Shown here in pieces: positions 9,768-22,809 of a stretch of DNA of 52,699 nucleotides. The notes under the pieces are model-generated. The model had not been told where the DNA came from. It searched no databases and was given only the letters and a program-made list of their open reading frames with translations. The DNA lies in assembly GCF_000315625.1 (NCBI RefSeq), contig NW_005434613.1, positions 1 to 52,699 of the forward strand, written 5' to 3'. This stretch comes from Guillardia theta CCMP2712 (lineage: Eukaryota; Protista; Cryptophyta). Position 1 is the first letter of the stretch, and the number at the start of each line of letters is the position of its first letter. Position numbers and translations under genes: made by a program.

Positions 9768-12700
9768 TCACCTCGGATTGTACATCTTGTTGAGTTGGAA
9801 TTCCACCTTCTTGATGCGTTGCAAGAGCTGCAGCAGAGTCAGAGTTGTACAAGAACTGTTCACCTCTTCACCTCCTCGTGCTCCTGCTTGCGCTGTCGCT
9901 CCTGTGCATGCAGCAGCCTCACCAGCTGGTTGAGTGAGCTCTCACTGTCAACCGCAGCGCCTCGCGTCTGCTCTCCACCGCAAGATACGACGATCTCCTC
10001 CGCTCCCTCTCTCTCCTCCGCTCCCTCTCTCTCCTCCGCACTCTCCCTCTCCGAGACAAACTTCACTCGCGAGTTTCGCCTCTCGCCATTCCCTACATAC
10101 CGACACTGTCTTAGTTGGTCAGCATGTTGAGGACTCGAAGATTTCTCCTCCCCCTCAATTTTCACCGCCAACCCCTTGGCGTCCTCCTTCTTCTCGGTCC
10201 CTATGTAGATGAATTGCTGCTTCCCTTCCTTTTCCAGCAGCAGCCGGCACGCATGCGTACCGTGCACAAAGCCCTCAACTCGCCCGATGCTCATCAAATG
10301 CGCTCTGCCCACCACCTTGCCCAGCATCTGCGGCTGACCCTGGGCGAGGCTCGTTCGGGTATCGCAAACGCAGAAGAAATTGCGATGGTCGTCGACGATG
10401 AAGGAAGCGTTCCTCCACAAGTGGTTCTCATCCTCCCCCGGTAGATGCTCTAGCGGACCCTCCAGGCTTGCAGCCAGCCATCCACGCAAGATTCCACCCT
10501 GCACCACCTGAACAGAGTGCACGCTTGCTAGCGACTTCTTGCGCATCTGCTGATTGCGCAGACCCTCTCCGACTACCGAGAGGAAGGAGTCAAGGTCCTC
10601 GGCAGTGGTGAACTCGATCTCGTAGGGATGGTAGCCGTGGTTGAAGATGATGCGAACCTTATTAGAGCCATCGCCTGCTGTCTCAATCTCTTGGATCTGT
10701 CGCAGCATGAAAGTCTTGCTGCTCGAGAACGAGTCATGAGGTGATTTGTTCATGTCTGAGGACACAGGGACCTTGCTGGTGAGACATTCAGACTGACTGT
10801 CATACTCGAAAATGCGCATCGCGCTCTCAAACATGTTCTTCTTCTTGCGAACGTACCATGAGTTGATCAAAGTTTTAGCGCTGCTGTCGCGAACGAGCTC
10901 GTCAGCCATACGCTCCTCCTCCTCCTCTGAGTGCTGCTGGTTGTCGAGATGCTTCGCAAGAAGCTCATCGTATCGCTCCATCAGCTCCGATCTCAGCGAC
11001 TTGAGCAAGCGGTCGATCTGCCCGAACTCCTTGTGTCTACCTGACGACTTGTGCATCGTCACGGTCTGGTTGCTCAAGCCGAACTTCGCCGCTCGGAGTG
11101 AGCATAGCTCGTAGAGTTTCTCACAGAATGAGGGGCAGACAAGCTCGAGCTCTTCAGCTGTCTCTTCTGAGAGCATCAGGCAGGAGACATCTGTCGACGC
11201 CCTCGCGTCTTCAGCACGGATTTCGCAGATGGAACGAAAGAAACTTGTTTCTCCGAAGTAAGAGTCTTCACTCCCCTTCTCTACCATGCGAAGCCGCGTG
11301 TTCTCCTGGGGCTGGAAGGCGCTGTCCTCCAGGGAGATGGCCGGCTTGATGCCGTGCGAAAGCGAGACGATCCCGTCGGTGACAAAGAAGAGCTCTCCTC
11401 CTCGCTCGCCTCGGTGATAGATGTACTCGTCCTTGATGTAAGCCGTGGGCCGCAAGCGAATGAAAATTTCACCGATGGTCTGACGGTCCAAACCGAACAG
11501 GACGGGCACGAGTTTCTCCGCGAGGACGGTCAGATGCTCCAACGTCATCTTCCGGAGCTCGCGGGGGAAGGAGTCCAGCACCTGCTCCTCGTGGAAGAGG
11601 CTGCCGCTCTGCCGCCAACAGCCGCCGAAGTGTGCGGTGATGCGACGCTTGAGAGTGGGCTTGACGTCACGAAAGTCGAGGTACTCGGAGATGGCCCGCA
11701 GCTTGTCCTCGAAGTGCAGCCGAGCTCCTTCAGACTGAGTCATCAGAGTCGTGATGTTCCCCAAGGAGAAGGCGAAGACGACGACACCGATGAGAATGGT
11801 GAAGACGGTGTATATCCTCTCATCGTTGGTCACAGGAAGCACATCTCCGTACCCCAACGTGCTGACAGTCGTCAACGCCCAGTAGAGGCTAACGACGTAC
11901 TTCTCGACATCGCGTGACTTGCTCTGAGCCAGCTCCTCGTCGTACGCGCTTAGCCAGTTCTCCTTGCTGTCCGAGGAAATCATCATAATAAACATACAGC
12001 CCAGAAAATGTGCAGAGAACAACATGAGGAACACTGATCGGAACGTCTTGAGAATAGTGCGGAGAGACCCTGATCGATCCTTTTCTTCCAGCTGTGACAA
12101 CTTGTTGAGAAACCTCACAGCTCGAACCATCTTGAGGATCCTGATGAATTTCAAGACCTTGAGAGTGGAGCCGAATCCTTCCCCGCTGGCCACTGCAGTG
12201 ACAATCTTGTCAAAGGGGACGCTGCCGGGCAAGTCGATCCAGAACCAGCCCTTGAGGTAGTTCCTAGCGATCTTTGCCATGCTGGTCACGTAGATGCCTT
12301 GATGGGTGTAGGCAGTACCGAAAGAGATGAGCACGTCGGTACAGAAGATGACATCCAAGCAGAGGTCCCACACCTGGTACGGCGACAGCTGCCCGCTGAT
12401 CGAGTCCGAGCTGAAGGCGAGGGTGATGGGAACAGCAAAGGTCGTGTAGAGCAGCAGGGCCATGACCATAAGATCCCATGCCTGCTTGGCGGTAGAGTCC
12501 GGGTCGAACGGAAACTTCTGACGCTTCTGGACTTGAGGATTCATCCCCTCGCTTCTGAAGTGAAAGATGACGCGCACGAGATCCGGGAAGGCAAGTTTCA
12601 CTTCCTCGTCCGCTGCTCCCTCATTCAACTCCTTGCTCTCAAGTTGAACTTTCAACAGCACGCGATCAACAACTTCCGCCGCTTGACCCTCCCCCCGCGT

Positions 12701-13294
12701 CAACGTCTTCCACTCTTCCATGGGCTGCAGCGGCACAGCAAGAGTACCGAAGATGTTTCTTGTGGTCCTGAAACTGCCGTGAGCATTCATCCTGTCTGGA
12801 TTCGACAACTCGAAGAACTGCAACTCGATGCTCCGTGTGCCCTTGTCGCACTCAAACGAGAACATCTCGTTCCAGTTATCCTGATCCGCTGTGTGCAATG
12901 CCGACTCCAGCTGTCGTGCACCAATACGCAAAATTGCAAATACATCAGAGCCCGATTCCTTACGAAGCTGAGAGCTCTCGAACCCTAAGATGGAGACAAC
13001 AACAGGAATGGTGTTGGATATATCCTCCAGAATCTCTGACAAGAAGTCCCCTCGCAGTTCCGAATCCGTGAAGAACCCAAGCTTTACAAGAATGTTTCCA
13101 GCATCTAATGTGGATATCTTTTCTGGTTTGCCTTCATCTTCTTTCACCAGGCTACTAAACTCTTCGAACAATTGTCGGAGCTCGCCAGGAGCGAAGTAGT
13201 AACCATACTGAGCTTGCAGTTTATCGATCCCTCCATTCTCATCCATGCTCAAAGGAATCGAAGCAACGCTGCCGCTGCTAATCGACCGCAACAT
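9768..13294 (-). CDS. Voltage/cyclic-nucleotide-gated K+ channel (KCNH/CNG/AKT-like) with N-terminal EF-hand/C2-like and C-terminal PH-like regions
   Basis: Six TM helices, basic S4 (KFIRILKMVRAVRF), filter TVSTLGYGD, C-linker and cNMP-binding domain (YIYHRGERGGELFFV...YFGE). A 44-nt intron at 9828-9871 gives the end HEELLQRIKKVEFQLNKMYNPR*. The ATG is preceded by CAG, so upstream exons are possible. Confidence 0.93.
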
Positions 13295-14859
13295 CTGTAA
13301 GGCTTTTGCTCCTTGCTCTATTTCTCGCCAGCAGATTGCATCACATCAACCTGGTCAAAGATTCAACCGAACTAAAACAAGCATGACGTACAACAGTCAG
13401 CAAGGCACGCTCTAATGGTCAGTGTTCATCGTGTAGTTCAAATTTTGGAGAGCATCAATAACAGCCAAGAACGCGAATTACAGTCGAAAATTCAGCCACA
13501 CATGTTATTGGCTTGGTGCCTCTATTACCGTCAGCGTTTATCTCTGCCAATAACTCGCTGCCCTATCACCAGGTAGCTCTGTGCACGTCACCTGCTGTCT
13601 GCTAGCAGTTTGCTCGACTTCGCAGATTGTTGTATCTAATTGCTTTTCACTCTTCGTTCGTGTCTTGAATTCCCTTGCAGTCCTCTCTCCACTGAGCTCC
13701 TATCTCTCCATGCTCTAGCACCTTTTTTCCTCTCTCCTCGCTCCTCCTTAACAGGCACGTTGTGTGCGTCTTCGAAGTAGCAGGTTACATACAAATCCAT
13801 GCTACTCTACTGAATTCGCTGTAGCATGTTACTGAAAAATCCATGCTACTCCACTGGATGATCTCCAGCATCACAATACGTTCTTGCATCTCGAACAGTA
13901 ACTCATCGCCCCGAACTAATGCACACACTGAATTTCGGCTCAAGTTATTTCATCTCTCCCCGTCCCTGCTCTCTCCTCCCCTCCTTTCGTCTCCCGCCCT
14001 TCTATCCTCTTTGTCTTCACTCCCTTCCTCTCCTCCTCCTCCTCTTCTTTTCTTTAGGCCATGCCGCAACTCCATCGCCTGCGACAGCATTTTCCTTGTC
14101 AACTCCTCTTCTTTTCAATCACCACCCCTCTGTCCAACAGCGACATAGATATCTTGTAGTACCCCCACCGCACAATTTCGTGATGTAATGACCCCTACTG
14201 TAATTGAATCAAGCACAATAAAGTACCCCACCCCCAAACAAGCTTTTCGGAAATGAAAATATCCATCCGAGACTACCCTACCTTCAAGCAGGCTTTGGAC
14301 GGGTCCTCATATATCTTCAAGGTTCAACACGGAATTACTTATCACCTTAAGTCACTTAGTACCACCTGAAAGTAGAGTAAAAAAACAGGAGAATCGGAAC
14401 TTGGCTTTGTTGACACGGCGACTGCCGCCGGGCCCGGCGCTCCGACTGAGTGGCATTACCGCCGACTCCGGCGAGTCATCGGCAGCTTCGTGACTGGCCG
14501 CGCCCGGTCACGGTGTGATCGTTGAAGGGTCCGACTCGGATGTCAAACTCAGCCGGGGCGGCCGGCAAGTCGCCGCTCCTGGCAGCAGCCTCGGAGCGGC
14601 TGACAAGCCTCAGCAGTTCAAGAGTGATTCTTAACGGGAAAGTTACCCGGTACCTTGAAACCAACGGCGGGAAGCGGCACGATGTGACTCGCCATGCCAA
14701 CTTAAAGATACAAACTAGTCATGTTTTACATACATTTTCGAGCCTATACCGTGACTTGCAGCCTGATCGGATTGACCTATTGCTGAGTCAGTCCAGGCCG
14801 CCACTGGCTCCGAGGCTCATTCGTCAAGCTCAAACTAAGTTGTCCGAGCTCTAAAGCAT

Positions 14860-15950
14860 TACGAAGAGTAACTTGTGGCAGTTCCAATATGCCTTCCCAA
14901 CAGATGACAAACTTTCCCGCTGCCAATCCTAGTTAGGTTGATTAGCACAGGCTTTGCTTGCGAGTCCATGACCATCGCCTTGCCTCCCGCATTCAGTTCG
15001 GTTGGAAGAGCTGTGATTCCCCATGGCAATTCCTCCCCTCTCAAGCATCATGAGCTCTGCTCCGCTAATCGCTACGGTCCTTTCTCCTCCCTCGTCTGCC
15101 CGAGCCTTCAACACATATCCTCCGGTGATCTCCTCCTCGTATAGCTTCATCAACGCATCTCGCATCCTCTCCGCCTCCATCAATGACGACTTCCGCCTCG
15201 GCTGCTCTGCCTCTGGCGCCTTCGTCTCTACCACCGCCCCTACCGCCTTGGCGCTCTCAAACAGCTCCCAGAGCTCTCGCTTCTCCTCCTCTACGGTCTT
15301 TGCCGGCGTGTGCAAGAAGTCTGACGGGTCGAGCTCCGACAGCCTGCGGCGATGGCGTGAGCGAGTGTCTTGCTGCTCGCTCTCTCGAGCTCTTCCTACC
15401 TTGAGAGCCGGCGGGTCTTGGGGTCCCACACGCGGTCTCGGTCGACGGGTCTTGTGGAGCAGTTGGGGTCGAGGTGAGGGTTGAGGAAGTAGTCGACCTT
15501 ATAAGCATGAGTAGGAAGCTGCCCGCCGACTCGAGTGAAGGACGAGCAATCTCGTCGAGAGGAGGCCTGAAAAGGCTTAAACAGCACTTTCAGCTTGATC
15601 GTCAAACATTCTCGATTCATACCAGAGGGTGCTTCCTCTTCGCGTCGTCACCATAGCGATTGTTCCCAGCACCCCTGCAGGGGTCATTACAGTCCATTGC
15701 TGGACTGCACCTGATAGGAGAACTACACTCTGATCCCATGGAGCTGAAGCAAAACGTCAGGCAAGGCAAAAGCTAATTGTAGTCCTCAGCGACCAGCTCA
15801 CGCTGACTTTTGAGGTGAAAAGTGGAGTTGCCTACAATTTGGGGCTAACGGTTGTAAGCTAGATTCACTGGAAGCGATGAGCGTCTACTTCAGAGCTCTC
15901 ATCTCACTATCCCCTGTTGCTCTTCCATTCTTCTCCCTCTCCGCTCATTG
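14860..15950 (-). CDS. Multi-exon hypothetical protein (one of the two genes sharing the 411-bp duplicated block; boundaries approximate)
   Basis: ORFs 15396-15620 and 14929-15429 can be joined by a GTAGGA...CCGCAG intron. Confidence 0.45.
15144..15554 (-). repeat. 411-bp segment, copy 1 of an inverted duplication (partner at 25595-26005)
   Basis: Near-identical translations in both loci (MGPQDPPALK...AERMRDALM) with only scattered substitutions. Confidence 0.93.
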
Positions 15951-16559
15951 AAGAGGTGGAGGGAACTGCCGGATCGGAACTTGCTCAACAAGTGTAGGGT
16001 AGGGTACTAGAATCCCGTGGTCTATCACAGGGGTAGTGAAATGATTACGGGGGGGTAGGAGGCACGAGGGGAGGGGGCCGGACACGGGGGGCTTGCATCG
16101 GAATCGGAGATCGGATCGGGCAGAGTTGCAAACAAAAAGGTCAAACTCAGATCATGCCAGCACCCGTTGCACTCAGTGACTGGGGCCGCCCCGGCGCCGG
16201 GCCGGCGGGCCGGGCCGCGGCGGCGGCCCGGCGGCGGTGATCGGACCGTACCGTACCGTACGGTACCGTACTTTGCCTGATCACAATCATGGCATTTGCA
16301 GTGTATCTCAGAGACGGTAATGATTTACTTACTGTTGGGGCACTGGCTGCCGCTGAACTTTCACTGCCCACCGCGGCGGTGGGCCGCAGTGAAAGGGCGC
16401 GCCCCGGGCGGCCGGGCTCTGACCAGCTGAGCCGCCGCCCGGCACTCGGAAGGGACAGGCAAGCCTTTCAACGGCGACCGGCGGTACTCACCGTGCGGCG
16501 CGGCCCACGCCGCGCGTGACTGACGGTACGGTCCGGACTCTCACTTATCAGCCAGAGGT

Positions 16560-17408
16560 TCACCGTGTCACACCAGGCAGCCCATCGAGGTTGTATCTGT
16601 CTAGATATGCTGTGCAGTGCTTGCATGTACACCAAAAACCATACCACTCATGCAAGTAGTCTCTTATGCTCAATGTGTCCTGGTGTCCACTGCTCACCTT
16701 GTATCGAACGAACAATTCTTCTCCTTCAGCAATATCTCTGCAGGCCTTTGTGACCATCTGTAACGAATCAAATAAGGAGTCAGGATCAAGAGAGACACTC
16801 AGGAGGAGGGAAGATCAACAGAAGGAGGAGGACGAGGATGAGGACCAGTAGAAGGGACCAATGATGGAAGCGAGCAAAGGGACAGAAGAGCGGGGAAAGA
16901 GGGGAAAGGAGCAAGAAATAGACAAAGTACTAGCCTCGTTGTCGTCGGTTTGATATTCCCACTTCACATTTGGAACACAAGAATGGTTGAGTCGACAGGT
17001 TAACAAGAACATGCATGAAAGGCACGATTCATCATCCTCATCATCGTCATAGAAAACTCCAATCATGTTCGTCCAGAAAATCCCAGAGGCTGTTTTCGAT
17101 TCTCCATAGACTGGTGCCTGAGTGAATTTCCAGAATTCTTCTTGTCTTTCAGGATCTAGTTGCACCACTGCGTCCTCAATCACCTTAGCTGAGGAGCTCA
17201 TTCCAGAAAGCTCATCTTCCAATCCATACCAGGGGACTCCTGGAAGCTTCAGCAGGGGCGCCTCTTTCAGAATGACCTCGCCCTCCGCAAATGATCGAAG
17301 TGCGAACAAGCCATGTCCACCCAGAGGAGAGGGTCTGACCGCCACAACCGGTTCTGATTCCAGATTTGACGACGATATGATTGTGAAATCTGCTGCCGAA
17401 CGAAACAT
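16560..17408 (-). CDS. SET-domain lysine methyltransferase (SMYD/SET5-like); 5' end uncertain
   Basis: GHGLFALRSFAEGEVILKEAPL, RLNHSCVPN, RDIAEGEELFVRY and post-SET YGFWCTCKHC motifs; intron at ~16758-16934. Confidence 0.88.
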
Positions 17409-17783
17409 AAGAGCTTCGAAACATTTCCAGTGCGATTGAGCTCAAGAATAAGCAGGAGATTGAGACAATAACGTTTTGACAAAAATGTGTCTGAATGCAT
17501 CGACAATATCCGAGTATAACGAAACACCACATGATCAAACATCAGAAGAACAATAAACAAAGAAAGCAAAAACTTGTGGCAAGCGAGAGAAAGATTTGAT
17601 GAAAGGAACAAAACTCTCAACTTGAAGCAAGAGCAAGTGAGGTGAGCAATACAGTACAACACTGCACGTGACTTGATTGATCATGATGAGGCAGCCGGAG
17701 AGACAGGAAATGACAGGATGATTGAAAGAAGGCTAGGTGTATGAGTCAATGTCTTGACGATCGACCTACAAAGACGCAGGGAG

Positions 17784-18293
17784 GGCTGAGGGAGCTGAGA
17801 GAGAGCTGAGAGAGAGCTGAGAGAGAGCTGAGAGAGAGCTGAGAGAGCTGAGAGAGAGCTGAGGGAGCTGAGGGAGCTGAGAGAGAGCTGAGGGAGCTGA
17901 GAGAGAGCTGAGGGAGCTGAGGGAGCTGAGGGAGCTGAGAGAGCTGAGGGAGCTGAGAGAGCTGAGAGAGAGCTGAGAGAGCTGAGAGAGCTGAGAGAGC
18001 TGAGAGAGCTGAGGGAGCTGAGGGAGCTGAGGGAGCTGAGGGAGCTGAGGGAGCTGAGGGAGCTGAGAGAGCTGAGGGAGCTGAGGGAGCTGAGGGAGCT
18101 GAGAGGGAGCTGAGGGAGCTGAGAGAGAGCTGAGAGAGAGCTGAGAGAGAGCTGAGGGAGCTGAGGGAGCTGAGAGAGAGCTGAGAGAGCTGAGGGAGCT
18201 GAGGGAGCTGAGAGAGAGCTGAGGGAGCTGAGGGAGCTGAGGGAGCTGAGGGAGCTGAGGGAGCTGAGGGAGCTGAGGGAGCTGAGGGAGCTG
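17784..18293. repeat. Minisatellite (GAGCTGAGG/GAGCTGAGAGA variants, 10-12 bp), ~510 bp
   Basis: Directly visible; explains the low-complexity ORFs at 17681-18573. Confidence 0.95.
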
Positions 18294-19289
18294 ATGCCTG
18301 TCCAAAATGAAGCATGAGTGCAATGCAAGCTTGCACCGTTCTTGCGTTCCCAAGGACGGCAATGCATGTGACCTTTGAGCGAGCCCATTCACGCATGTCA
18401 ACAGTCGACCAGCAGGAGTGAGAGATCAATGGCTTCATCCCACACATGTATGCCTTCAGCGTCAAGGCGCTACGACACGTGGCTGCCATGACTGACAGGG
18501 GATCGCAGTGCCATGTATGAAGGAAGTGGCGGGATCGAATCTGAGCCCACCGGGCCGGGCCGGCCCGGGTCACGGATAGCCTGGACTAACAAGGCCGCCC
18601 GGGGCTCATCCGACATGGCGGGCACACAATCCTGATTCAAGTTCTGGCATGACTGCTGTTTCACGGTGAACTTTACCGTCAAAGTTAAAAATCACTTTAC
18701 TCAAAGTGAAGTTAAAAATCAGTACGGTACGAGGACAATCACTCCGGAGAGTCGAGGAGGCTTGACCGGCCCGCCGGCTTCCGAAGTTCCGGTCCCGGTC
18801 ACGGGTGCCGCACCGGTGACCGCCTTTCAGAGTAAGGGCGAGTCAGGCTGAGGCCCCGGATGAGACTGAGACGGCCGGGCCGCGTGCTCCGGAACTGGCC
18901 CGTGGGGCAGAAGCCTCACCCTGGCACGGTCCTTGCCGCTGTGCATTCAATGATTTGCCGGGGCCGGGGCTCCGTCTCAGTCTCGGAGAAGTACCGCACG
19001 GGGCTGTCCTGGCATAGGCTCCTCGGAGGCTCCCCGCATCGCACCAGCTCAGCGCTCCGGTTCCCCGAACTTGCCAAGCGTGGCGCCGCGGCAGCGTCAA
19101 CACGGTGCCGCGGCCATGCCAGGTCACCAAGTAGACAGGTGGATCACGGGCCAAAATCGGACCGTGCGCCGGACCTCGGACATGGGATGTAGTACTCGCG
19201 TACCGTAGGATCATCGCGGTCACAGCGGCTAGTCAGGTTTTCATCTTTTTACTGCATATTATGGTCCTCTCGCAGAAGCTGTTTCCAAA

Positions 19290-22200
19290 CAACCACTCCA
19301 CCCGAAAATTTTCAAACTCTGAGCACCTGCCATTCTTGACATCAACGAACGGCTGCAGTCCAAATGGCACAGGTCCTCACAGCATCGACTTACACTTTTC
19401 CACTCGCGTCACTGCAACACCTGTAGGACTTGCCCTGTCATTCATGAGTTAATCACGGTGGTCAAAGCCTGGCTTTGTGTGAATGGGAACAGCAAGAGCT
19501 ATCGGCAGGAAACTTGAAAGCTCTCGCAATAGAAAGGAGAGGTATGCTGGTGGTGAGGAGCAGAAACATAACAGAAATGAAAGAAGGGAACGTCGCGAAA
19601 GGGAGGGGTAGGAGGAAAGAGGGATAGAAGACATGGGAAGGAGCAAGAGCAACCTTTTAGGCAGCTTCACTGTTAGGATCAACAGCCCCCCCGGAGCGAG
19701 GAACTCAGCGATGGGGAGCACCAATTGTCGGACCTAGGACGTGTCAGACAGACAAACCAGCGCACTCTGATAAGGCAGCTCTCTCTGAGATAAGGCAGCT
19801 CTCTCTGAGATAAGGCAGCTCTCTCTCAGATAAGGCAGCTCTCTCTGAGATAAGGCAGCTCTCTCTGAGATAAGGCAGCTCTCTCTCTGAGATAAGGCAG
19901 CTCTCTCTGAGATAAGGCAGCTCTCTCTCTGAGATAAGGCAGCTCTCTCTGAGATAAGGCAGCTCTCTCTCTGAGATAAGGCAGCTCTCTCTCAGATAAG
20001 GCAGCTCTCTCTGAGATAAGGCAGCTCTCTCTCTGAGATAAGGCAGCTCTCTCTGAGATAAGGCAGCTCTCTCTCTGCGATAAGGCAGCTCTCTCTGCGA
20101 TAAGGCAGCTCTCTCTGAGATAAGGCAGCTCTCTCTCTGAGATAAGGCAGCTCTCTCTCTGAGAGATAAGGCAGCTCTCTCTCTGAGAGATAAGGCAGCT
20201 CTCTCTCTGAGAGATAAGGCAGCTCTCTCTCTGAGAGATAAGGCAGCTCTCTCTGAGATAAGGCAGCTCTCTCTCTCTGAGATAAGGCAGCTCTCTCTCT
20301 GAGATAAGGCAGCTCTCTCTCTCAGATAAGGCAGCTCTCTCTCAGATAAGGCAGCTCTCTCTCTGAGATAAGGCAGCTCTCTCTCTGAGATAAGGCAGCT
20401 CTCTCCGTACCGTGTCTCGAGCATCGTTGTTGCTGTCGCACATCAAGACGCTGAAAGGAGACCAGCTTTCCCCTTCCTTTGACGACCGCGCGTTCTCGTC
20501 GATCAGCCTTGCAGCATCTTGCGCTTTCACTTGCAGATGCGTTATCTTGTTCCTGCAGGACTCCAGCTTTGAGTCCAGCTGACCTGCTCGCAGGTGATTT
20601 CAGCCAAGTCAAGGATGAGGTCGGGAGGTCACCTGGATCAATTGCAAGAACGTGTTTGACAAACGGCTGACGCGCCATGTGCCTCTACATCATATCAGGT
20701 CGATATCCTAGTCGCGGTCGCAGACCGTCCAGCCTCCAGGTGCGGCCCCGACGTCACAAACGGTGAAAGGAGCAAAACTTGGCTTCCATGTGTAGGGGGC
20801 GCGAGAAAGCAGAAGAGGCGATGGATGCTGGATTTTGGTTACTTGAAGAAAGGAAAACAATAGAGCCTTGCAGGTTCCTGTGAGCCTAACCCTACGATCT
20901 GTTTCGTAGAACGTCATCTCCATGTCAGCTGCACATTCCATCACCTGCATAGTCTCGAACAGCTTGAAGGCAGCGCGGTTCAAAGGATCGTTGTTGGACG
21001 AGTCTCCGCTCCCTCGCTCCTGGCCCTGACCCAGTGAATCAAAAGTCGCTGTCTCACACAAAGAGTCATGCACCTCCTCTTCTGCACTTGTGATGCCCTT
21101 GCCGCACGTCTGATGCCTTTCTTGTTGTCTTACCTAGAGTCAGCACTCCAGGGGTTGTATTTCAGCCTCACTGCATGTCCATCAGGGAGTCGAAGCATTC
21201 TTTGCCCTCACACACTGATACAGGTGTGAACGATCCTCAAGTTACGTAGACACATCTTGGCCTTACCGTCCCACAAGATTCTGGGTGTGTGTGTGTGCTC
21301 GTCGCTCCTGCGTTGACATTTATCAGCCAGTCTTCCTGATGTGCTTTTCATGATCACGTGGACATTGAGAGGAGAAGCCAAGAGAATTTCGTGGGGTTGA
21401 GAACGTGCCCTTCCTCTTCTAACAACTGAGCAACTTTCGTCATGATGGAAAGCTGGGCTCGCCATTGCATCACCGACACAAGAGCATTTTGATGGGAAGT
21501 AGGAAATGCTTGGAGGCGAATCACGGAACCGTGTGGCAGAATGGTCTTGAGGCCTTGAATCTGCTCTTTCTGCTCGAGTGCATCAGCGAAAGAAAGAGGA
21601 GACTGCCACCTTTCTCACTTCATCAGAGGAGCTGAAAAGGGTGGGAAAGAATCTGTAGCTCCTTCGTGCGAATCCTTCTTTGCCCTTGCATATTGTACTC
21701 AACGTCTCCCAAAGGTAACGCCGAGCTTGAGCGACATCCTTGCGTGTAGCTGATTCATCGCTCAAGAAAGCTCCAACATAATGCTTCCCAGAGAACACTT
21801 GATGGAAGGATGTTACCCCTTCAAAGAAGTTCTGCATCAGCACAAGCAAGTTAAGTTCCACACAGTTGGCAACCGTCATCATACCTGAAATCTCTGTGTG
21901 AAGTTCTCGTCGCAGCTTACCGACAGGCATGCAGCGACTTCAAGTTTTGATGTCTTCTGCTCCTCCATGCTCCCAGAACCTCTCTCAATACAAGGGTAGG
22001 CAGAGCATGCAAAAAGTAGGTATAGCAAGAAACCATCCGCCTCAGCGAAAAGACTAGAAAGATCAAAAAGGCAGCTTTTATCTGCTCGCGGTCTGCAATA
22101 TCAGGCTTACTGTGCAGGATGGATGGTGGAACGCGAAGACATGATCCAGCCTGGATCATCACCGTCTTCGCGAAGACATGATCCCGGAACGCGAAGACAT

Positions 22201-22590
22201 GATCCAGTTTGCTTGGTGGTGACCCTGCTTGTACCATGTGGAGAACGTGAAGTCACAGTGCGTGCGGCCCGCGTTTGCTGCTTCTGCTCATCTTCTCGCA
22301 GGTGACAGTCTGGGATCGCCCTAGCTCATGTAAGATTTGTTCCATTGCCTCATCTGCACGATGCACGCTCGAGTTGCTCCCGTATCCTACTCTCATGAGG
22401 ATCTCGGCACTGCGGCAGTGGATGTTTTCGAGATGCATTGAAGTCGCCTCCAACGATGTTGGCCTGAGCTTGACGCTTGGGTCCGTCACATTCTTTTGTT
22501 CGTTTTGATCGGTTGCATCAGCGCCTTCCACATGTGGTCAGGCTCGGTCCCCCCCTCCGTCGCTACCGTGGCGTACCGCCATCATTACGT
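19290..22590 (-). CDS. FtsJ/RlmM-like SAM-dependent RNA 2'-O-methyltransferase, multi-exon (boundaries approximate)
   Basis: Exons encode NRAAFKLFE, VCDVGAAPGGWT, VLAIDPGDL, VLMCD and FLAPGGLLILTVKL, the FtsJ-family K-D-K motif order. Confidence 0.75.
19765..20404. repeat. Intronic minisatellite GAGATAAGGCAGCT(CT)n, ~20-26 bp units, about 29 copies
   Basis: Lies inside a minus-strand intron (GTACGG at ~20411 to CCTAG at ~19735) of the methyltransferase gene. Confidence 0.95.
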
Positions 22591-22809
22591 CACGGTGGAT
22601 GTCATTATGGGTTCTTTTTTGCTGATCTGTAAAACCTGTATTCTTTTTTGGGAGGCCCAACGGAGAAGGTCAGCATGTCACAAGGCGTAGAGCACCCTTA
22701 CCCTTTCTCCCTTCCCCTGTACCTTTCGTCATAGAGCTATCTCTTTTCTCCTCCCCCCTACCGAGACCTCCTGCAACATTACGACGCTTGGCTGGTATGA
22801 CTGAATCAG

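Noticed and set aside
17681-18573. SAP/LPQ-repeat proteins
   Set aside because: Open in all three frames because of a stop-free minisatellite strand; no independent coding evidence.
19744-20424. 226-aa RERAALS-repeat ORF
   Set aside because: Intronic minisatellite bounded by GT/AG sites that join methyltransferase exons.
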